NCBI GenBank assembly: GCA_030390025.1
Contig: CM059429.1
Coordinates: forward strand, 138,446,001-138,510,000
DNA: 64,000 bases
Direction: 5' to 3'
Source of the DNA: Squalus acanthias
Taxonomy: Eukaryota
Shown: in pieces, positions 1 through 9,000 of the stretch
Layout of the letters: the number at the start of each line of letters is the position of its first letter
Numbering within the stretch: the stretch's first letter is position 1
Made by a program: the position numbers and the translations under genes
The notes under the pieces: model-generated
Databases searched by the model: none
What the model was told of the DNA's origin: nothing
What the model saw: the letters and a program-made list of their open reading frames with translations, nothing else

Positions 1-177
1 TTCCTTCTTTAAGACGATCCTTAAAACCTACCTCTTTAACCAAGCTTTTGGTCACCTGCCCTAATTTCTCCTTATGTGGCTTGGTGTTAAATTGTTTGTC
101 TTGTAACACTCCTGTGAGGCGCCTTGGGACGTTTTACTATGTTAAAGGCGCTATAGAAATACAAGTTGTTGGTGTTG
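1..177 (+). mobile_element. L2 LINE 3' end fragment
   Basis: Matches the 3' end of the longer L2 copy at 19298-21715 and of 5370-5735 (ccttaaaacctacctcttt...aaaggcgctatagaaatacaagttgtt tail). Confidence 0.75.
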
Positions 178-296
178 CCTGACTCCAATACTTACTATTG
201 TGCCATTTCCATTTATGCATAAAACAACTTCTGGCATTCCACTGGTTGGATGTGGAGTAACTGGGAGCAGCTTTATTCCCTTTGTCAACAACTTAC

Positions 297-596
297 CTCC
301 GCTGTCACCGAAACTTTTCCTCACTGACCCTTTCAGTGTAACGTGTTGAACCTGACAGGTGACGGCGGTTCCCGGGTCCCAGTGAGTGTCTGTAATCCGC
401 AGCCGGGAGCTCAGGTAGAAGGTGCCGTCACTGTTTCCTGTCAGGGAGTCCGGTTCTATTTGATAGGAGACATCTCCCGCTACAATCCAAGAAATGTTCA
501 GACCTCTCGGGAAAAATCCCGCCGCCACACAAGTCAGAGACTGAATCCCAACAACTTCATTCTCGGGATTCGCAGAGAGATAGACTTCAGGTTTCG
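297..596 (-). CDS. Ig-superfamily gene A, exon 3: C1-set constant domain (gene continues beyond left edge)
   Basis: Acceptor ttag ends at 597, donor G|gtaagt at 297, 300 nt, phase 1-1. Translation AKPEVYLSANPENEVVGIQSLTCVAAGFFPRGLNISW...NSDGTFYLSSRL...W..G..VTCQVQHVTL has C1-set motifs (CxxxGFxP, W, NxDGTF, CxVxH). Confidence 0.9.
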
Positions 597-934
597 CTAA
601 ATAAACATTAAAATATCACAAGTTATATCAAAGCAAATATATAGAGAGCAACTGTAGATTAAACTCGTGCATATATGATACTAAATGGGAAATTATATGA
701 TTTGATTAGATTGTCTCAATATACAAATCACAAGATACCTATAATAAAATATAACACATGTACCCGAATGAAATACGAGCCAGAATAATATCCCGTGACT
801 TTACAATAAGTTTCGTTCGCTTTGTTTTTCTTTGGACCAATAGCAAGAAAATTAAATGAAGTGACTATGCTTATTTCACAAAATCAGTGTCGCTATTTGC
901 AATTCGCTTGTTATAGAAATAATATCCCGCTGTT

Positions 935-1078
935 AGAATAGAATCGGACAGCACAGAAGGAGGCCATCGGCCCATCGTGCCTGTGCCGGCTCTTTGAAAG
1001 GGCTGTCCAATTAGTCCCGCTCCCCTGTTCTTTCCTCATGGCATTGCAATGATTTTCCTTTTCAAGTATTTATCCAGT
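935..1078 (-). mobile_element. CR1 LINE extreme 3' end fragment
   Basis: gcacagaaggaggccatcggcccatcgtg terminus shared with minus-strand CR1 ends at 17302 and 27080. Confidence 0.65.
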
Positions 1079-1309
1079 ATTGGTATCAGCATTCTATAAT
1101 TTTGTCTTTTGGATGTTTTTCTTCAAACCAAGTGTTTTTTAAACTATATGAAAGTGTCTGCTGTTTAATGGATATTGTGGAATTAAAGTTAAACGCTGGT
1201 GTATTCAGTCCAGTCCCCAGTGCACAGAGTATGTCAGTCCCAGATTAGATATGTGTGTGGAGCGAGTTCTGATTCCTTTGCCCCAATACATTGAACTATT
1301 TCAGTTTTG

Positions 1310-1519
1310 ATGCGGAGATGCCGGTGTTGAACTGAGGTGGACAAAAGTGAGAAGTCGCACAACACCAGGTTATAGTCCAACAGTTTTATTTGAAATCACA
1401 AGCTTTCGGAGCGCTGCTCCTTCGTCACTTCATCTGACAAAGGAGCAGCCGTTCCGAAAGCTTGTGATTTCAAATAAAACTGTTGGACTATAACCTGGTG
1501 TTGTGCGACTTCTCACTTT
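1310..1519. mobile_element. Miniature Penelope-like insertion (inverted pseudo-LTR pair plus tail) with 13-bp target-site duplication
   Basis: Inverted arms about 1343-1427 and 1435-1520; same termini as the GIY-YIG element at 37255-39925; TATTTCAGTTTTG directly repeated at 1297-1309 and 1520-1532. Confidence 0.85.
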
Positions 1520-1546
1520 TATTTCAGTTTTGGTTCATCTAATTAC

Positions 1547-1882
1547 CTTGGATGTTCAGTTCTGTTCCCTCTCCTGTAAATTCTTTCCAGGGCCGAGGCT
1601 CCTCTCTAAGAACCAGGCAGTGGTAAGTGTCGGAATCGTCCACAATCACCTCCCGGATGATAAGCGAGCCCTCAGATACAGACACACGAGAGCTTTTATT
1701 GAGGACATTCCTAGTTTTGTTGCCTCTGATGCCAGGATTGTCTCTTGTCCTAAACCAATAATATCTCACCGAATCCAGCCGCTCCTCTCCGGGTAACAGG
1801 GTGCAATTGATCCGAGCTGTCTGTCCTCTCAGGAGGGACAGAGCTAAAGGAGACTGGATCACTTTCAGACCGACAGCAGGCC
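1547..1882 (-). CDS. Ig-superfamily gene A, exon 2: V-set domain with germline-joined J-like strand
   Basis: Acceptor tcccag, donor CAAG|gtaatt, 336 nt, phase 1-1. GPAVGLKVIQSPLALSLLRGQTARINC...YYW...LIIREVIVDDSDTYHC...FTGEGTELNIQ has B-strand Cys, C-strand Trp, DxxxYxC and GxGT. Confidence 0.92.
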
Positions 1883-1977
1883 CTGGGACATAAAATTACA
1901 ACAAGTAGGAACATGACATTCAAATTATCTGAGTCCAACTAGAATAACTGTCAACTGGGGTAAGAGTGAATGCTTAC

Positions 1978-2026
1978 CTAAGACAAGGAGCCAGAGTTTG
2001 AGAACAATGTTTCTAAATGGAGCCAT
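1978..2026 (-). CDS. Ig-superfamily gene A, exon 1: signal peptide
   Basis: ATG at 2026, MAPFRNIVLKLWLLVL(G), donor TAG|gtaagc, phase 1 joins the V exon in frame across a 95-nt intron. Confidence 0.88.
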
Positions 2027-2039
2027 ATTGCTGAAGAAA

Positions 2040-2150
2040 GCACCGAGTCACCGGTTGGTTAGACCTGTTGGCTGGTCTAAAGAATATTAAGATCGCTGGT
2101 AAATTATTGCGGTTGTAGCGCACAGTGCGTCACATCACACCGGCTGTTGG
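2040..2150 (-). promoter_or_regulatory. Putative proximal promoter of gene A (RUNX site, CRE/AP-1-like site)
   Basis: TGCGGT at 2108-2113 and TGCGTCA at 2126-2132, about 80-105 bp upstream of the ATG. Motif matches only. Confidence 0.35.
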
Positions 2151-2751
2151 TTGCAGTCCGAATGGAATAGTTCAACTAAATATATGTGGCGGTCTCTTCA
2201 TTCCTTCTGTGCAATTGAAATGTATTTCCCCCTAACATGCAGTGCAGCAAAATCCTGTATCATTGCAGTTCAACCTGGTAATACAGTATCCTGTCATTTT
2301 ATACTGAGTGGTACAATCACCCGACCCCGACATCAACAACTTTCTTTAAAAATTCAAAAATAAATACATCTGTAAACCACACGAATTCTAGCTGACGAAA
2401 CTCGCTGGGGAATTCAGGTAACACCGAGAAAATATTCATTTGGTTTATGAGATCACCTGAGCTGCTTGATGTGTTACTGACCGATGTTGTGTTCGGATAA
2501 GGATGAAGCAGGGAGGATGGCCAGAATGGGAACCAGGGCTCTGTGGAGCAGGTGGCAGTCCAAGGGGGTGGGGGGATGAGGAGCAGAATAGAAAGGTTGA
2601 AGTCATAGGGGATTGGATAATTAGGATAGATGACATCCACTGTAGTAGCAACTGAGTCCAGAAGGGTGTGTTGCCTACCTAATGTAAGGGGAAAGGATAT
2701 CTCCAGGCAACTGGAGAGGAACGTGGAAAGGGAGGGGGAAGATCTAGTTGT

Positions 2752-4462
2752 TGTAAAGGATGCGTGCTCGGTGCCGAAGGCTGCTCTGTGCGTAGCCTGG
2801 GTGCTAGTGCGGGGTTAGGCCTTGTTGCCTGTTCTGGTCTCCAGCCAGCCTGATAACACTAGACACCTGTGAGTGGTTCGACCCACTCGCCCTTACAGTT
2901 CTGACACTGGACTTAGGTGCGAGAGCAATAATGCAGAGAAAACTCAGGTAGACCCGGTTGAATAGTACGAAATGGAAAATCTTTATTGCATATTGTTCAA
3001 GATTACGAAATACATGTCATAAGCACAGATTAATGACAGTACAATCTTACACATAGTTATGAAACTAATTTTAGGGAAACGAGGAGCGCACGACACATCG
3101 TAAAAGGGGACACACATTATATTTATCCTTAACACAAAACCCTCCCCTGATCAATGCCTGTCCTAATATAGATCTGTAGGATCGAGACTCATGCTCACCA
3201 CTCGTAACAACTCGGAAAATTCCGAAACGCTGCTCGGATGTTTTCGCCACAGCACCTGACTATTCACGTGTTGATCAGGGGTCTCTGTACCCCACTTGTT
3301 TACTCGCTTCTGCTCCGGCTAGCAGGCTGGACCGTCTGCTGCCATGAAGATCTGTGTTGGTCTCGGAGTTCTGACACCACTCGAAAAAGAGTCTTCCTGT
3401 GCCCTACACCGGGTCGATAGAATTCGAAGGAAAGTCTTCCAGGGCCAGTTGTGAAGAAGTCGGTAAAATTCGAAGAAGTGGTTAATCGATTTTTTGGGCG
3501 CGGTCGGGGTTTACTGACCGCGGCGGCACGTGTAGTCGTCTTCTTCTCCTCTCCTCTCCTCTCCCCTCCCCTCCCCTCCCCTCTCCTCTCCTCTCCTCTC
3601 TCCTCTCTCCTCTCTCCTCTCTCCTCTGGTTCCAACACCGCTTACCGACTTCTCGGGATGGTGCGCCCGCTTACAGGCCTTCGCAGACCAGCTCTCCACA
3701 GATCTTCGCGGCAAGCCACGAGGTTGACTCCCGGAAAATCAGAGGATAAGAGTCAAGAGCTCGAGTCGGTGGTCGGTAAAGAATAAGAGTCGTCAGGGAT
3801 AAGAGCACGATGAACAGCCAGAGGATAAGCGAAAGATGGACGTTTGGACACTACAGTTATAGTACTGTAATTCCTAATCTCCCGCCCAATCTTAATGTTC
3901 ATCTTTGTCATGTTTTGGCGCTCAAACTTCTTGTATGGGGTGGTACTTGTCGTTAATGGGTTTCGATGACACTTGTAACTGTCTGAGTACCCGTTAATAT
4001 TTCTCCCATTGTGGAACCGGCTAGGAGTCTCCCTGGAGGGGTTTTGGGGGCTTCCAAATTCTTGCTGTGAGTACCCGCGAACGGCTCTCTCATCGTAGAG
4101 CCGTGGGGAATTTGCGTATCAATGTCTTTGGATGGGCCCTTGATTGCCCAGTACAATAGCCCTCGTTTGTGCCTGGAAGACCGATTCCAGTATTTATGTT
4201 TAAAGTGCAAACCCATCGCGTCTTGTCATTATCTCAATATGCTGAGTACTGTCCGATCTTGCTGAAATGTTTATTGAAAACGCCATCTTGTCTGCCTACT
4301 GAAAGTCTAGAACCTTCTGCCACGAGGCGTGGCGGCCATTTTACAGGCTGCTTGTGTCCGTTTTGAAACCTGACAGCATTTTGCTGAAATAAAGCGGTTT
4401 ATACGAAACCATATGTCTCTATCTCATTCTTTCGAAATCGCGATAATTTTGTGAATTCTACA
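2752..4462 (-). mobile_element. Long (1711 bp) solo LTR with 4-bp TSD
   Basis: TGTA...TACA termini; TTGT duplicated at 2748-2751 and 4463-4466; CR1 ORF1 homology resumes on both sides; minus-strand GC/CCAAT boxes (about 3880-3891), TATA-like (about 3857-3862) and AATAAA (2982-2987). Confidence 0.8.
3540..3627. repeat. CT-rich polypyrimidine microsatellite within the LTR
   Basis: (CTCTC/CTCCC/CTCTCTC)n visible directly. Confidence 0.95.
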
Positions 4463-5369
4463 TTGTCGTGGTCAATGACATAGGGAAGAAAAGGGAGGCG
4501 GTCCTGCTAAAGGAGTATCAGAAGCGAGGAACTAAATGAAAAAAACAGGACTTCATGGCTGGTAATCTTGTGATTACTACCTGAGCCACATGCTAATTGG
4601 CCTAGGGATAGACTGATAAGGAAGGTGAATGTGTGGCTGAAAGACTGGTGTGGGAAAGAGGGGTTCCATTTTTTGGGACACTGGCACCAGTACTGGGACA
4701 GGAAGGAGCTGTACCGCTGGGACGAGCTCCACCTGAACCGGAATGGGACCAGAGTCCTCGTGGAAAGGATAAATAATGCTGTGGATAGGACTTTAAACTA
4801 GTAAGAAGGGTGGAGGGATCTGGTGGAAATAACATAAGCTTGAAGATAAATGAAATAGATGAGAGTAAAGGTCAGACCAAGGTAAGGAATAAGGGTGACA
4901 TAAATGGTCAGGCAACACATACAGCTATAGAACATATCTTTAAAATGACAGTTAAAAATAAAGTGAAAGGAATGGTTAATATAATGAAATTAAATTCCCT
5001 GTACAGCAATGTGCACAGCATCCAGAACAAAATGGGGAAACTGGAGGCAATAATTCGTAGTAAGGAGCCAGATGTAGTAGGGATAACTGAAACATGGTTA
5101 CATAAAGAAAAGGACTGCCAATTAAATATTGCAGGGTATAAAGTATTTAGAAAGGATAGGGAAGGAAGAAGGAGGTGGGGTACCTATTAATTAGAGATAA
5201 CATAATGGCAGTAGAAAAAAGGAACATAACTAACATTAAAATAGAAATAGAATCCATATGGATTGAGATAAAGGAGAAGAAGGGATCAATCACATTAATA
5301 GAGGTGTTCTACAGACCACCTAATAGTGGAAGGGAAGTGGAGGAAGAAATATGTAAGCACATTTTTTAA

Positions 5370-5735
5370 TGTGTAATGCCCTTTCCTATCTCTGTAATCT
5401 CCTCCAGCCCCACAAACCTTCCAGATATCTGCGCTCCTCTAATTCTGGCCTCTTGTGCATCCCCGATTTTAATTGCTCCACCATTGGTGGCTGTGCCTTC
5501 AGCTGCCAAGGCCTTAAGGTCCGGAATTCCCTCCCATAACCGCTCTGCCTCTCTACCTCTCTTTCCTCCTTTAAGGCGCTCCTTAAAACCTATCTCTTTG
5601 ACCAAGCTTTTGGTCATCTGCCCTAATATCTCCTTATGTGACTCGGTGTCAAATTTCATTTCATAATGCTCCTGTGAAGCACCTTGGGATGTTTTACTAT
5701 GTTAAAGGTGCTATATAAATGCAAGTTGTTGTTGT
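5370..5735 (+). mobile_element. L2 LINE 3' fragment nested in CR1
   Basis: Same 3' region as the L2 at 19298-21715; (GTT)n tail; the CR1 APE region resumes after it (..IIIMGDFNYP). Confidence 0.8.
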
Positions 5736-8240
5736 AAAAGACATAGAATAATAATCATGGGAGATTTCAACTACCCTCAAATAAATTGTCAAGAAGAGGG
5801 AAAGGGGAAAAGGGAATAGAGTTTTTACAATGTGTACAAGACTCCTTTCTTACCCAGTACATAAGAAGCCCAACAAGAGGAATCACTGCTAGATCTAGTA
5901 ATGGGAAGTAAACCAGAGCAGATAAGAGAAGTAACTATAGGAGAGCATCTAGGCAATAGTAATCACAACATAATAAGGTTTAAACTAATGATTGAGAAAG
6001 ACTTAAGTAAAACAAAGACCAAAGTAATAGATTGGAATAAAGCTAATTTGGATGGAATAAGAATGGAACTAGGGATGATAAACTGGAAAAAATACTGACA
6101 GACAAAGAGATAAAACAACAGTGGGAAATATTTAAAATGGTGATTAATAGAGTTCAGGAGAAATATATTCTGCTAATAAAGAACAAACTAGCCAATAATG
6201 AAACACCATAGATGAATAAAAAAACAGGGTAAAATTGAAACTAAAGAAAAAGGCGTACACTAAGTACATAGACAATAAAGGAGAGAATGACAAAGGAGAA
6301 TAAAAAGAGGTTAGGAAAGAAGTCAAAAAGACAATTAGGAAAGTAAAAAGGAACTATGAAATCAAATTATCAAGTAATATAAAACAAAATAGGAAAGTGT
6401 TCTACAGACACATTAATAAATAAAGGAAAATCAGGATAGCGATAGGGCCACTAAGGGATGCACAAGATAAATTCACAGGTAATGACAGTGAAATGGCAGA
6501 AATATTGAATAATTACTTTGCCTCGGTATTTACCAGGGAGACTAATAGGGCGGACATGGCATAAGAAGAAGAGATCAAAAAATATATCAATACAATTAAG
6601 ATAGAAAGGGGAGATAATTGATAAACTAGTTAAACTTAGAGAGGATAAAACCCCTGGATGTTACATCCATGCATATTAGAAGAGGCTAGGGAAGAGATAG
6701 TAGAAGCACTATTATATATTTATAAAAATTCATTAGAAAAAGGTATAGTGCCAGAGGACTGGAGGACAGTTTATGTGATTCCTATTTTTAAAAAGGGAGA
6801 TAGAACAAGTCCAGGGATCTATAGACCAATTAGCTTAATGTCAGTCGTAGGAAAGATAATAGAATCTTTACTCAAAGATGTAATAGGAAAACATCTAGAA
6901 GCTGAAAATATAATAAAGAATAGTCAACACGGATTTCAAAAGGGAAGATCATGCATGACCAAACTTATTGAATTCTTTGAAGAAGTAAAACAAAGATTAG
7001 ACAAGGATAATGTGGTAGATGTAACACACTTGGATTTTCAAAAGGCCTTTGATAAGGTATCGCATAGTAGACTCATCACTAAGGTCAGAGCACGTGGAGT
7101 CACAGGACAAGTAGCAGAATGGATAACAAGCTGGCTACAAAACAGAAAACAGAGAGTAGGGGTTAAAGGTAGTTACTCAGACTGGTGGGAAGTGGTGTTC
7201 CACAGAGGTCAGACCACTGCTGTTCAGAACATTTACATTAACGATTTGGACTCTGGAATTGGAAGTACAATCTTAAAATTTGTGGATGACACCAAATTGG
7301 GGGTATAGTTGATACTGAGGAAGAGTGTGACAAAATACAAGAAGTTAATAAACTTGCAGAATGGGCGTGTAAATGGCAAATTAATTTCAATATAGTTAAG
7401 TGTGAGGTGGTGCATTTGGTAGGAGGAATAAGAAGGCCACATATTCCTTGGAAAATAAGTGTCTAAATGGAGTCGAGGAGCAAAGGGATCTAGGGATACA
7501 CATTCAGAAATCACTAAAAGTAACAACGCAGGATAACAAGGCCATAAAAATGGAAACAAAGCACTGGGGTTCATTTCTAGAGGAATAGAATTGAAAAGCA
7601 GGGAAGTTATGTTAAACTTGTGTGGAACCTTGGTTAGACCACACTCGGCGTACTGTGTGCAGTCCTGGTCTCCATATTACAAAAAGGATATAGAGGCACT
7701 GGAGAAGGTGCAAAAAAGATTTACAAGTTTGATACCAGAACTGAGAGGTTATAACTACCAGGAAAGACTGAACAGGCTGGGGTTCTCTAGAAAAGAGAAG
7801 GCTGAGGGGTGACCTAATAGAGGTCTTTAAAATTATGAAGGGGGTTGATAGGGTAGATGTAGAGAAGATGTTTCCACTTGTAGGGGAGTCCAAAACTAGG
7901 GACCATAAATATAAGATAGTCACTGATAAATCCAATAAAGAATTCAGGAGAAACCTCTTTATCCATAAAGTGCTTAGAATGTGGAATATGCTACCACATG
8001 GAGTGGTTGAGGCGAATAGCATAGATACCTTTAAGGGGAAGCTAGATAAGTACATGAGGGAGAAAGGAATAGAAGGATATGAAGATAGGGTTAAATGAAG
8101 TAGGGTGGGAGGAGGCTTGTGTGGAGGTTAAACACCGGCATAGACCAGTTGGGCCGAATGACCTGTTTCTATGCTCTAAATTCTATGTAATGTTAATCCA
8201 GCCTGTTGCATCCTGTATTACACAGGCAATTAAAGCTAAA

Positions 8241-8357
8241 TGCACAAAGCATGTCAGTCCCAGATTAGATATGTGTGTGTAGCTATTTCTGATTCCTTTG
8301 CCCCGTACATGAAACTATTTCAGTTTTGGTTAATCTAATTATCTTGGTTGTTCAGTT
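8241..8357 (-). pseudogene. Relic of a duplicated copy of gene A (end of VJ exon plus start of intron 2)
   Basis: Aligns to 1221-1309 plus 1533-1561; donor GT mutated to AT; lacks the Penelope insertion; truncated by the CR1 at 8358. Confidence 0.8.
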
Positions 8358-9000
8358 AACATAAGAACATAAGAACATAAGAAATAGGAGCAGGAGTAGG
8401 CCATTCGGCCCTTCGAGCCTGCTCTGCCATTCAATGAGATCATGGCTGATCTTCTGCCTCAACTCCATTCACCGACCCTATCGCCATATCCCTTGATGCC
8501 CTTACTAGTCAGAAATCTATCGACTTCTGTTTTGAATATACCCAATGACTGAGCCTCCACAGCCCTCTGGGGTAGAGAATTCCAAAGATTCACCACCCTC
8601 TGTGTGAAGAAATTTCTTCTCATCTCAGTCCTGAATGGCCTACCCTTTATCCTGAGGCTGTGGCCCCTGGTTCTAGACTCCCCAGCCATGGGAAACATTC
8701 TCCCAGCATCCACCCTATCAAGCCCTGTAATAATTTTGTATGCTTCAATGAGATCCCCTCTCATTCTTCTGAATTCAAGAGAATACAGGCCTAGTTTACT
8801 CAATCTCTTCTCATACAACAGTCCCGCCATCCCAGGAATCAATCTCGTGAACCTTCGTTGCACTCCCTCTATGGCAAGTATATCCTTCCTTAGGTAAGGA
8901 GACCAAAATTGTACACAGTACTCCAGGTGTGGTCTCACCAAGGCCCTATATAATTGGAGTAAGACTTCTTTACTCCTGTACTCAAATCCTCTTGTAATGA
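8358..9000 (-). mobile_element. CR1 LINE 3' fragment
   Basis: ORF 8459-8941 (VRPHLEYCVQFWSP...RNFFTQRVVNLWNSLP); (TTCTTATG)n tail on the minus strand. Confidence 0.92.

Larger units (their letters stand above)
2600..8190 (+). mobile_element. Degenerate near-full-length CR1 LINE (ORF1 esterase, APE, RT), interrupted by a solo LTR (2752-4462) and an L2 fragment (5370-5735)
   Basis: ORF fragments RRVCCLP..KDIS (ORF1), VGITETWL and FYRPPN (APE), YRPISL, QHGF, LDFQKAFDKV, KFVDD (RT); many stops and frameshifts; ttctatgta 3' tail. Confidence 0.88.

Noticed and set aside
2114-2150. MHC-like X1/X2/Y promoter module (TAGC..ACAG.TGCGTCA...CTGTTGG)
   Set aside because: Wrong orientation for gene A, imperfect Y box and shortened spacing; kept only as a CRE-like site.
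2121-2160. CACAGTG heptamer near gene A as a recombination signal sequence
   Set aside because: No ACAAAAACC-like nonamer after a 12- or 23-bp spacer, and it lies upstream of the leader rather than beside a V segment.
3300-3786. ORFs inside the long LTR as viral accessory genes
   Set aside because: Largely translated microsatellite with no recognisable domain.
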